From an uncultured virus (IMG/VR IMGVR_UViG_3300009503_000024) (Duplodnaviria; Heunggongvirae; Uroviricota; Caudoviricetes): DNA of 64,000 nt. Below, piece after piece: positions 27,870 through 37,210 of the stretch. The position numbers were made by a program, and so were the translations under genes. The notes under the pieces were generated by a model. It did no database searches. It saw nothing but the letters and a program-made list of their open reading frames with translations, and had not been told where the DNA came from. The stretch lies in IMG/VR virus record IMGVR_UViG_3300009503_000024; one strand, given 5' to 3'. Each line of letters opens with the position of its first letter. Position 1 is the first letter of the stretch.

Positions 27870-28928
27870 TTAAAACTCCTTTATATAAGATTTATAATAA
27901 TTTATATCTTTTAATTTTTTATAATCTTCACTTTCTTTTATTCTTTTTAAAATTACATTATACATATTAATTTTCTTCTTTATATCTTCATTACTATCAA
28001 TTAACAAATATTCTTTTATAATTTTAAAAAAATCTTTATATACATTAAAAGCTTTTTCCCAATTACATTTTTTCATAATTAAAGGTATACAATCCAACGC
28101 CAAAGCTTCAAAAAACCTTATAGATGAAAACTCATTAACATCATAAGATGGAATAATTAAAGTAAATTTAGCTATTTTAAGTCTTTCATAATATTTATTA
28201 TAATTAATATAATTATTTTCTTTTGTATATTTATTTTTCAAATATATCTCTTTATTAGTTAAATTTATAGATTTTATAAAACTATCTATATATTTTCTTT
28301 CTTTTGTTAAAACTGTATAACCCAAAACAAAATCTATTATTTTATTCAAATTATTATTAACATTATAAAAATAACCATATTCAATAAAAGGGAAATATTT
28401 TGTATTAATTTCATTAGAACTATAAAAAAAATAATTTTGTATATGCGAATACAAATTTTTATATTGTAATTCTTGTGGGTCATAAATAATTTGTTTTATA
28501 TTTTTATCTTTAAATTTTTCTAAAACGCGCAAAGTAATAAATATTCTGCGATAAAATTCCTTAACAATATTTATATTATTTTTTAAAATAAAATCATTTT
28601 CTTTTAAAGACTTCAAATATAACTTTTTTATTTCTTGTTCATTTCCCCTATGTAATTTTTCACTTAATGGCGTATATAATATCACTAATTCATCAAAATT
28701 ATACTCATTTAATTTACTATCAATTTTTTTATAAAAAAGATCCCATGCCTCTAATTTTTCTTTAAATTCTAAAGGAGTAATATTAACATTATTTATATAT
28801 TTATATTGTTTTTCATTATCAATAAGAATTTTATATTTAATATCACCTAATTCTAATATTTTTAATGCATTATTTACTCTTAATCTTTCTCTTAAATTAT
28901 TTACTAAAAAACTTATCAATAGCCTCAT
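27870..28928 (-). CDS. GT-B fold glycosyltransferase-like protein
   Basis: C-terminal AKFTLIIPSYD..EFSSIRFFEALALDCIPL donor-binding pattern; soluble. Confidence 0.7.
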   Translation of the reverse strand: MRLLISFLVNNLRERLRVNNALKILELGDIKYKILIDNEKQYKYINNVNITPLEFKEKLEAWDLFYKKIDSKLNEYNFDELVILYTPLSEKLHRGNEQEIKKLYLKSLKENDFILKNNINIVKEFYRRIFITLRVLEKFKDKNIKQIIYDPQELQYKNLYSHIQNYFFYSSNEINTKYFPFIEYGYFYNVNNNLNKIIDFVLGYTVLTKERKYIDSFIKSINLTNKEIYLKNKYTKENNYINYNKYYERLKIAKFTLIIPSYDVNEFSSIRFFEALALDCIPLIMKKCNWEKAFNVYKDFFKIIKEYLLIDSNEDIKKKINMYNVILKRIKESEDYKKLKDINYYKSYIKEF

Positions 28929-29394
28929 CTATATTTCTCCCTTTATTATATATTAATATTTTATTCATAATTTTTGATTTTTTATAAAATTCTGAAAACA
29001 TTTTTCTTTCAACAATCAAATTTTGTTTATAATATAAACCATCTCTTGCTTTTATTCTCTTTTGAGCAACTCTAGCATCTAAATCTATTAATACAAGCAT
29101 TACTAAATTAATATTTTCACCAAAAATTACTCTTTCAACATAATTCAAATCTAATTCTATATTTCTTAAAGTTCTTGAATAAACAACTTCAGATATATGA
29201 TACCTATCAAAAATCATATTTTTATCTTTATTTAATTCAAAATTTTGTTTTAACACTGATAATTTATCTATAACATTTAATTTTTGAAATTCATTCATAT
29301 CAATTCTTGGAGCTAATACATATTTACCTTTTTCTAAAACTTTATTTATAAACGTAGTTTTACCAGCTCCATCTATACCTTCTACAATAATCAT
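28897..29394 (-). CDS. Thymidylate-kinase-like dNMP kinase
   Basis: IIVEGIDGAGKTT, IFDRYHISEVVY, KRIKARD. Confidence 0.9.
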   Translation of the reverse strand: MIIVEGIDGAGKTTFINKVLEKGKYVLAPRIDMNEFQKLNVIDKLSVLKQNFELNKDKNMIFDRYHISEVVYSRTLRNIELDLNYVERVIFGENINLVMLVLIDLDARVAQKRIKARDGLYYKQNLIVERKMFSEFYKKSKIMNKILIYNKGRNIDEAIDKFFSK

Positions 29395-29942
29395 AAATCA
29401 ATCCTCTTTTTAAATTCTTTTATTTTATTAAAAAAATCATCCATTAAATCTTTTCTATATCCATTTCTAACAATATACCCTGGATGATATAAAAAACAAA
29501 GTTTAACTTTTCCATCAATATAATTATTTTGCATTATATCTAATATAGTATTTTTTGCTATAGAACCAAGACAAATTATAGCTTCCAAATTTTTCATATT
29601 TTGTATCTCTCTTACCAAAAATTTATTTTTACAATTTTCAATATATTTTTTATTAACATTTTTAACACAACATTTTATAACATTAACTAAATAAAAATCA
29701 TTTATGGTTAACCCTAACAAATTAACCATATTATCTAAAATTACTTCACCTCTTTTTTTATCTTCTTTTTTAGCAAAAAAATTAAATGGCACAATATCTT
29801 CGTTTTTTATTGTATTATCAACTGGAGCTGGACTTTGCGCTACTATTAAAACCTTAGCATTTATATTACCAATATCGTCCGCTTTCTTTTCATTAATACC
29901 ACAAATATCACATCTAAAAATTTCTTCTTTCCACTTACTCAT
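29391..29942 (-). CDS. Uracil-DNA glycosylase-like protein (family 4-like, Fe-S)
   Basis: CDIC, VAQSP, YLVNVIKC, ENC, IICLG..A, LYHPGY. Confidence 0.82.
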   Translation of the reverse strand: MSKWKEEIFRCDICGINEKKADDIGNINAKVLIVAQSPAPVDNTIKNEDIVPFNFFAKKEDKKRGEVILDNMVNLLGLTINDFYLVNVIKCCVKNVNKKYIENCKNKFLVREIQNMKNLEAIICLGSIAKNTILDIMQNNYIDGKVKLCFLYHPGYIVRNGYRKDLMDDFFNKIKEFKKRIDL

Positions 29943-30931
29943 TTAATCAACCTCTTAAATTCTTCAAAATTTTTAAATTCATTCTTGTGATGTTTATGAT
30001 AAAAAACACTATTTTTTAAATAATATATCTCACAATTAAAATAAATAAATTCAAACATAGAAGTATGTATTACGTCATCTGGATCACACATATAAAATAT
30101 AACAGGTCTATATTTTAAAATATTATAATATGATTGTCTATCATTTGAAACCTTTACATTTGGTATTTTAGTATCTATAGCTACATTATTAGGAGCTGTA
30201 TATAATATTGTATAATTTCTGAACCTTTTACTCTTTTCTAAAACTCTATATACTTCTTTAACTTTATAATATTTATCTGATTGTCTAAATGGCACAAAAA
30301 TTATATTTTTAAACTTATTAACCGCAGGAACTACATCTATTAAATCAAAACTAAAAATATTATTATCTATTACAGACTTCGGAAAAAGTAAATGTTGATT
30401 TAAAGTGCTAACAACCATTTTATATTTTTTATGCAATTCCATATCTAATTTCCGAAAACCATCTAAAAAATATAATTTTGTTTTTATAGTATCAGTTACG
30501 ATAGCCCAATAAATTACATCTATATTTTTAAAACCTATAGTTCCTATAATGTTAGGTGTAAATACAATTAAATCAAATCTTTTCTTTGTAAGTATATCTT
30601 TAACAAATTTTATCCATTTATGATTTTTCCTTGTTTCATAAGCATTTGTTGCATAGCAATCAGTTTCTATAATATTAACTTTAACTTTACTTTTATTTAA
30701 TTCTCTTTCTAAAAATTCTTTATTTTTATTATTTTTAGGTATAGTTAAATAAACTTCCCCCGATTTCATTAATTTTATTTTTGTTATAACTGCATTAAGA
30801 TTTCCATCAGCGGATAAATTATATACATTACTACCATATTCGCGCATTGAAACCATAGGTATTAATAAAACTCTCTTACCATCCATTTCTTTTTCTAGAT
30901 AAGAATATAAATTTAATTTATAATCACTCAT
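29939..30931 (-). CDS. Putative second glycosyltransferase-like protein
   Basis: ~330 aa alternating beta/alpha pattern, IFVPFRQSD and HTSMFEFIY..C segments in GT-B-like positions; mainly context-based. Confidence 0.4.
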   Translation of the reverse strand: MSDYKLNLYSYLEKEMDGKRVLLIPMVSMREYGSNVYNLSADGNLNAVITKIKLMKSGEVYLTIPKNNKNKEFLERELNKSKVKVNIIETDCYATNAYETRKNHKWIKFVKDILTKKRFDLIVFTPNIIGTIGFKNIDVIYWAIVTDTIKTKLYFLDGFRKLDMELHKKYKMVVSTLNQHLLFPKSVIDNNIFSFDLIDVVPAVNKFKNIIFVPFRQSDKYYKVKEVYRVLEKSKRFRNYTILYTAPNNVAIDTKIPNVKVSNDRQSYYNILKYRPVIFYMCDPDDVIHTSMFEFIYFNCEIYYLKNSVFYHKHHKNEFKNFEEFKRLIK

Positions 30932-31383
30932 TTTATTAACTCCAATTCTATTTTTGCTTCTTTTAATAAAGAAGTACCTAATTCATCAGAATATTTTTCA
31001 ATATAAAAAACTTTTTTGATTCCAGCGTTTATTATAGCTTTAGCGCAAAAGCTACAAGGGCTATAATATGTATATAAATCGGCTCCTTCGGTTGCAATAC
31101 CATGATATGCTGCTTGAACTATAGCATTTAATTCTGCGTGAGCCCCTACACAATATTCTAAATTAAAACCACTTTTATCTTTATTACGTATACAATAACC
31201 TATTTCCAAACAATTTTTTACACCCCTTGGGGCTCCATTATAACCAGTAGAAATTATATGTCCATTTTTAACTAATATAGCACTAACTTTACGACGCAAA
31301 CACGTACTTCTTTTCGCTATTACCTTCATTACTTCTATAAACATTTCTTGTTTAGAAATTCTATTCTCCATATTTAAACTCAA
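30928..31383 (-). CDS. dCMP deaminase family protein
   Basis: RSTCLRRKV, TGYNG, HAELNAI, SPCSFC. Confidence 0.93.
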   Translation of the reverse strand: MSLNMENRISKQEMFIEVMKVIAKRSTCLRRKVSAILVKNGHIISTGYNGAPRGVKNCLEIGYCIRNKDKSGFNLEYCVGAHAELNAIVQAAYHGIATEGADLYTYYSPCSFCAKAIINAGIKKVFYIEKYSDELGTSLLKEAKIELELIK

Positions 31384-32452
31384 CTTTCTTTTCCATTAAA
31401 ATATTTTTTGCTATCTGATTACACATATTACAATGTATACTACATCTGTTTTCACAATCATAATTAACTAATCCATCTGATTTAAAAAGTTCTCGTTCAA
31501 ACATTTTTAAATCTTCATATTTTATTTGTTTTAAAATATTAGGGACAAATTTATTTTCTTTATTATTACCTATATTTTCTAAATGAAACCATAAATCTGC
31601 AAAAGAATAATCGTTTTCTATCCCATCAATAATATCCATATAAATTTTAGCAACATTAACTATAAAATTAGTACTTGCTGTTCTACCAGTAATTTTAAAT
31701 CTATCATAACCAATATCTGTATAATAATGTATCCATTGTGGTAATATAAATCTAGTTTTAAGCCATTCACCAAAATCTGTATTCCTAGCTTGTATACAAT
31801 CTCTCATTGGATAATTATTAAATAATTTACTTTCTTCAACTGTTTTAATATTTTGATGATTTAAATAACACATTATTCTGTTTGGACATTGAAACAAACA
31901 AAATTCATTTACCATTAATTCTAATTCTAAATTAAGAAAAGTTTTTCTAAATTTTATTAAAAAATCAAAATCTCTATTTTTCATTAAACTCATACATACT
32001 TTTTTTATCTTAGGATAACGTTGTAATAATAACTGCATCTTATAAATAGATTCTATATGATAAATAGTTGAAAGTTCTATATCTATATCTAAATCTGAAT
32101 TTTGTAAAATTTCGAGTAAAAATGTTGAAGAAACTGTTATTTTTTTTATTTTATAAATTTTCAAAAATTCTATAAAATTATCCTTATCAAATTTAGTTTT
32201 ATCTATATTCAACCCATTCATAGTAAAATTTAATATTATATTATTATCTTCCATTAGTTGTTTTATATTATTAAAATGTTCTAAAGATTTTTCTGGAAGC
32301 CTATATAATGGTCTTGCAGTATATTCTGCAAAAGTAGAAGAAACATTCCCAAACATTTCAACAATTTTTGATTTATTATAATACTTATTAAATTCTATCA
32401 CTTTTTCTATAAGATCTTTTTCAAAATTATTACCTATCATTAATTTTATCAT
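31361..32452 (-). CDS. Peptidase U32-family Fe-S protein (probable O2-independent hydroxylase)
   Basis: ELSTIYHI, LELMVNEFCLFQCPNRIMC, further Cys, GYDRFKITGR. Confidence 0.82.
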   Translation of the reverse strand: MIKLMIGNNFEKDLIEKVIEFNKYYNKSKIVEMFGNVSSTFAEYTARPLYRLPEKSLEHFNNIKQLMEDNNIILNFTMNGLNIDKTKFDKDNFIEFLKIYKIKKITVSSTFLLEILQNSDLDIDIELSTIYHIESIYKMQLLLQRYPKIKKVCMSLMKNRDFDFLIKFRKTFLNLELELMVNEFCLFQCPNRIMCYLNHQNIKTVEESKLFNNYPMRDCIQARNTDFGEWLKTRFILPQWIHYYTDIGYDRFKITGRTASTNFIVNVAKIYMDIIDGIENDYSFADLWFHLENIGNNKENKFVPNILKQIKYEDLKMFERELFKSDGLVNYDCENRCSIHCNMCNQIAKNILMEKKVEFKYGE

Positions 32453-32931
32453 TTTATAAACTCCAATAAATTTTGATATATCTTTAAAATTAACAAATTA
32501 TTTTCAGCATTCATATCAATTGTTTGCATAATATTAAAAAATTTTTTTCTTTTAATTTTATCACTCCAAATAATATTTACAATGTTTCTTAATTCTTTAT
32601 TAAGTTCCCTATAAACTCTTAAATCATTTTTAATATTTTCTTTATTATAAAAAATTTGTTCAGAAAAATTTCTATATAAAAACATTACAGCTTTTTCAAA
32701 ATCTAAATTTTCCATCTTTTTTACTATTTCAATAGAATCAAATAACTTATGACATCCAAAACAATACCCTGTATTAGTTTCTTCATACAATCGAGCTGAA
32801 GGAGTTTTTTCTTCGTGAAAAGGACACAAAATATAACGTTTACTAATTTTAATATCATAGTATTTTATAACTTCAATTAAAGAAATCTTTTTTACATAAT
32901 CAATTAATAATTTATTAATCATTTTAAGCAA
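32449..32931 (-). CDS. Stand-alone CHC2 zinc-finger (DnaG N-terminal domain) protein
   Basis: LCPFHEEKTPS...YCFGC...DSIEIVKKMENLDFEKAV. Confidence 0.88.
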   Translation of the reverse strand: MLKMINKLLIDYVKKISLIEVIKYYDIKISKRYILCPFHEEKTPSARLYEETNTGYCFGCHKLFDSIEIVKKMENLDFEKAVMFLYRNFSEQIFYNKENIKNDLRVYRELNKELRNIVNIIWSDKIKRKKFFNIMQTIDMNAENNLLILKIYQNLLEFIK

Positions 32932-32933
32932 TC

Positions 32934-33278
32934 CTACTCTAATATTGGTATTTCTTTAGGCTTTTCGGGTTTATATTTTATATTATTCCCTGTTAAAAAA
33001 TTAAGAGCCTCAGCAATATTTTTATACAAATCATCTTCTGTAAAATTAACAAGCACTTTAAAATTACTATTTACTTTTGTTAAATAAGCCTTTATTTGCT
33101 TATCTGAATACCAAACTTCAACAACATTTCTCACTGAAATTTGTAAATATAAAGTTATAATATCTTTTTTCAATAAAAACATAGCTTCTCTACAAGCTTT
33201 TTTAAATTTTGCATCAGATTTAAGATATGCTATATTTTCTTTAATTTCAAATGCTTTTAAATTATCCATCATTACCAC
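32934..33278 (-). CDS. Hypothetical protein
   Basis: Coupled ORF. Confidence 0.65.
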   Translation of the reverse strand: MVMMDNLKAFEIKENIAYLKSDAKFKKACREAMFLLKKDIITLYLQISVRNVVEVWYSDKQIKAYLTKVNSNFKVLVNFTEDDLYKNIAEALNFLTGNNIKYKPEKPKEIPILE

Positions 33279-34155
33279 CTATTTCATCAAGATACTTATA
33301 AAAAGAATTACATTTATATTTTTTAATTAAAATATCTGGCTCAATTGTTTTTTCTATTTTACTATAATTTTCTTTTGGCACAATTCTTAACCTTAATAAA
33401 TTCATATTATTTAATATATTATTATATTCATTTTCTATAACTTTAACATCCTTTATTCTATAACAATTAAGTTCAAAAATAAAATTATCTAAAAGAATTT
33501 TTAAATCACTTTCATTTAAAATTTGTTTTTCATTATAAAAATATTTTTCAACTAGTTCTTCTTTTTTACGTATTCCTTTTATACCAATTATATTATCTGA
33601 TGCATCACCTTCTAAAGCCCATAACATTATAAAATTTTTTGGATTAACTTTATACTTTGGTTTTTCTAAATTATAAATAATTTTTTTAGAAGCATTATAA
33701 ATACTTATATTTTCATTTAACATTTGCTGCATATCATCATCACTAGAAACTATCATAGTTTTTTCACCTTTTAAATGCCTCAACCAAGCTATTGTTGCCA
33801 TCATATCATCCGCTTCATATTCTACAACCTTATAATTAACAACAAAACTTGTTAAAAATTGTTTACAATCATTCAATTGTTCATAAAAATTATCTGACAT
33901 TTTTATTCTATTCGCTTTATAATTTTTATCCTCTGAAATTCTTTTAGAACTTTTACTTTCCCATATTACAATAACTTTACCCATTTTTCTATAAGATAAA
34001 ACACTTCTAATAGTTCCAAAAAATGCAGCAACATCTTCTCCTATAAAATTTTTCATTTTAAAATAATTTTTATAAAATTCATTCATTCCATCTACTACAA
34101 TAGTAATATTAGGAACATCTTTAATGTTTTTATTATTAACTTTAAGTTTTATCAT
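33262..34155 (-). CDS. 5'-3' exonuclease/flap endonuclease (PolI N-terminal, T4 RNase H-like)
   Basis: VVDGMN, YKANR, EADD, SSDDDMQQ, GDASDNIIGIKG. Confidence 0.92.
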   Translation of the reverse strand: MIKLKVNNKNIKDVPNITIVVDGMNEFYKNYFKMKNFIGEDVAAFFGTIRSVLSYRKMGKVIVIWESKSSKRISEDKNYKANRIKMSDNFYEQLNDCKQFLTSFVVNYKVVEYEADDMMATIAWLRHLKGEKTMIVSSDDDMQQMLNENISIYNASKKIIYNLEKPKYKVNPKNFIMLWALEGDASDNIIGIKGIRKKEELVEKYFYNEKQILNESDLKILLDNFIFELNCYRIKDVKVIENEYNNILNNMNLLRLRIVPKENYSKIEKTIEPDILIKKYKCNSFYKYLDEIGGNDG

Positions 34156-34171
34156 TTAATAAACACCAAAA

Positions 34172-34438
34172 TCATTTTTCATCATAAATTACTTTACCAT
34201 TTTTATCATACTCTAATCCAGTTTCATCTTTATCATTTTCTTCAGGACACATAGGAATCCAACCTAACTTAGCATTTTCTAACCAACCACAAACTATTAC
34301 ACCATTATCAAATTTTAATTTCCCACAACAATTATCACAAATTTCACCTTCATCTTCATTTATACAATACTCAAAACCTATTAATTTTCTTATAACTCCT
34401 TTAACTTTATAATTTCTACCAATTTGATAATAATACAT
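34172..34438 (-). CDS. Small Cys-rich hypothetical protein
   Basis: ORF with AAGGAG RBS. Confidence 0.6.
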   Translation of the reverse strand: MYYYQIGRNYKVKGVIRKLIGFEYCINEDEGEICDNCCGKLKFDNGVIVCGWLENAKLGWIPMCPEENDKDETGLEYDKNGKVIYDEK

Positions 34439-34460
34439 AGTTAATATCTCCTTTCTTTAT

Positions 34461-34492
34461 AATATAAAATAAAATATTAAAAAAATTTTCTT
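34461..34492 (-). promoter_or_regulatory. Promoter-like motif AAGAAA-N20-TATATT (class 2 variant)
   Basis: One mismatch in each box, same spacing. Confidence 0.45.
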
Positions 34493-34493
34493 T

Positions 34494-35765
34494 TTAAATA
34501 TCTTCATAAGTTTCATTATTTTTACTTTTAATATCTATATCAAAAGTATCTTTAATTAAATTTATCGAAAAATCAACCAAAAATTTAATAGTAATATTAC
34601 TCATTCCTTCTCTATTTTTTATTATAGTTATATCTAAAATTTTATCCACAATTTTACCGCGTTTTATATAAGCAACAAAATCAGCATTATGAGCTATTTG
34701 ATCTGAATAGCCAATATGTTCTAATCCAACATTGTTAGCTTCTATCATTTTTCTATTAGCTTGAGCTGCTGTTATCATTATTACATTTTCTCTTTTTGCT
34801 ATATTTTTCAAAGCTTTAGCTATTTCCCCATATTCCTCATCTCTTTGTAAATTCCTTCCAGTAGATATTAAAGTCAAATAATCTATAACAACAAAATCAA
34901 GTTTATATCTCTTTTTAAATTCTTTTATTTTATTTTCAATAAAATCTAAAGATGTTCTACCAGTATGAGCAACAATATAAAGTGGATACTGTTCTTTTTT
35001 AATCTCGTTTAAAATATTTTTATATAATTCTTTATCTATTCTAGCATATTTTATATCTTCTGAATTAATACCACCAAATCTAGAATCATAAATTCTTTCC
35101 ATTTGTTCAATATACATTTCTAAACTAAAAAACATACCAGTATATCTTTGAACTGCTAAATTATATGCAAAATTAAAAAGAACTCTTGTTTTACCTATAC
35201 CTGCTCTACCAAAAAATAAATACAACTCTTTTTTATTAAGACCTCCCGTAATTCTATCAAATTCTTTAAAACCAGAAGAAATTCCAAATTGATAACCACC
35301 TTCTATTTTAGAAAATCTTTCATCTACAGATTCCCATACAAAACGCTCTTTCACATCATTCGTAGTTTCAATATTATTAACAATTTTCGATATTTTATCG
35401 TGTATATCAATAATATTCAAATTTTCATAATCTACAGTCTCTAAAATTTGCGAAAATTTTTCTTTAACATATATATTCTTAATTTGATCTACTAAAAATA
35501 CATAATTTTCCGCAGGTTCTATTTTACTAAATTTTTGAAATAATACAACAAATTCAGCATATTCTGGTATTTTTTTAATATATCGCTCATATTCATCTAT
35601 ATTAGGTATCTTATTATAATTTTTATAAAATAGTATAATAGTTTTTACAAACTTTTTTAACTTTTTATCAATAAAATAAATTATATAATTATTATTAATA
35701 AAATGTCTAATATACTCTTCTTTAAAAAGATATGAAATTAATTTTTCGTGTAAATCCATAAGCAC
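34494..35765 (-). CDS. dnaB: Replicative DNA helicase, DnaB family
   Basis: GISSGF..FD..TGG, GRAGIGKT, FSLEM, VIDYL, AQANR, KNREG. Confidence 0.95.
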   Translation of the reverse strand: MLMDLHEKLISYLFKEEYIRHFINNNYIIYFIDKKLKKFVKTIILFYKNYNKIPNIDEYERYIKKIPEYAEFVVLFQKFSKIEPAENYVFLVDQIKNIYVKEKFSQILETVDYENLNIIDIHDKISKIVNNIETTNDVKERFVWESVDERFSKIEGGYQFGISSGFKEFDRITGGLNKKELYLFFGRAGIGKTRVLFNFAYNLAVQRYTGMFFSLEMYIEQMERIYDSRFGGINSEDIKYARIDKELYKNILNEIKKEQYPLYIVAHTGRTSLDFIENKIKEFKKRYKLDFVVIDYLTLISTGRNLQRDEEYGEIAKALKNIAKRENVIMITAAQANRKMIEANNVGLEHIGYSDQIAHNADFVAYIKRGKIVDKILDITIIKNREGMSNITIKFLVDFSINLIKDTFDIDIKSKNNETYEDI

Positions 35766-36329
35766 CTATTTTAATTTTATATCTACAGAATCAACTTCTA
35801 TTTCTGTAAAATCTTCATCAAAAGATATTATATCAGTTTTTCCAAGAAAAATTGTTTCTTTATTATTATCTATACGTTTAGTTAAATATGTTTTATAATT
35901 TAAATCTGAATTTTTCTTAAAAATATCTTCAAATATAATAACGTCTGCTTTACTTAAAGAAATTATATCTTCAGAAGTTATTATTTGTTTACTATCTATA
36001 TATTTAACTAATTTACCTTCTTTAATTCTTTCTTTACCAATTTTATAAGCAACTAATTTTATATATTTATTTTCACCTAATAAAACAAGAAAATTTTTAT
36101 AAGTTTTTAATTGATTTATTAAAACTTGACTCATAGAAAAATTTACATCATATCTTTTAGGAACATCCATTATTAAATTCAATATAATTTCTAGAGAGCA
36201 TTCACACATTTCCCCAGTTTCTATATTTACACCATTAGAACATTTTTTACACCCTTCCCAAGATTTTATACTATTATATTTAGCAATAATATCATCCGTT
36301 GCAAATAATTCAACTATTTCATATTTCAT
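35766..36329 (-). CDS. Degenerate DnaC/DnaI-like helicase loader
   Basis: CKKC..G...CEC zinc site, VPKRY, ADVIIFEDI, RIDNNKETI; no intact Walker A; adjacent to dnaB. Confidence 0.55.
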   Translation of the reverse strand: MKYEIVELFATDDIIAKYNSIKSWEGCKKCSNGVNIETGEMCECSLEIILNLIMDVPKRYDVNFSMSQVLINQLKTYKNFLVLLGENKYIKLVAYKIGKERIKEGKLVKYIDSKQIITSEDIISLSKADVIIFEDIFKKNSDLNYKTYLTKRIDNNKETIFLGKTDIISFDEDFTEIEVDSVDIKLK

Positions 36330-37204
36330 TTCAACGCCTCTTTAATTTGCTTTTTTGTATATTCATATAAAAAATACTCCTTTTTATGTTTAGTTTTTTC
36401 CAATAATTCTTGTATCGTCATATTATATTCCTTACCCAATATTTCAAACAAAATTATTTTCCCTTTAATATTTTTACTTTGTTTATACCTTTCTAACAAT
36501 TTTTCATAAACTTTTTTATCATATATTTTATAAAATTTTAAACATAAATCTTTTTCTATTTGTTTAAACGAATCAAACAATTTTAAATTCATTAAATATC
36601 TAATTTTTTTAGATTCAATAGAAGATATAGAAGTATCTAAATGCGTCCATATAGCATCAATATCTTTTAAACCTTTCACAAAAAGTAAATAATTTTGCAA
36701 AACTTTATCACTAAACAAAAAATCTATATAAATTGGTTCACCTTTATGGTTCCCAAAATTTACACATCTTTTTATGTAATTCTTTATATGTAAATCTTTA
36801 AAACCATTAATATAAAATTCATCCATTAATTTCCTAAATTTTTTAAAATAATTAAATTTATTATTTATAACGTAAGAAACTCCAAGTTTATTTTCATATT
36901 CACGTATAAAAAAATTCAATAAAACTTGCGGCGTAACGTGCTCTTCCTTCTTTTGCTTTTGTAATTCTATTTGATGTATCTTTATATTACTATATACTTC
37001 AATATCATCTATTTTATATTTTTTATTTTCTTAACATTTTTCATAATATTTTAAACTAATACCATTAAATACAAATTCAGAATTTCTTATTTTTATTGTT
37101 TTACCATAAAAATATTTATATTTACTTATAGATAGCAGCACATTACAAATATCCGTATCTGTTATACATTTTAATTTATTATCTTTTTCAAGAAATATTA
37201 TCAA
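36326..37204 (-). CDS. Hypothetical replication protein interrupted by one in-frame TAA (37031-37033)
   Basis: TTG start at 37204 with AGGAG; 57 codons, TAA, then same frame open to 36326 (track ORF 36326-36919). Confidence 0.55.
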
Positions 37205-37210
37205 ATCAAA

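Noticed and set aside
26762..30931. glf plus GTs as a serotype-conversion or LPS cassette
   Set aside because: No TM proteins, flippase or polymerase, and genes are interleaved with nucleotide enzymes; disfavoured but not excluded.
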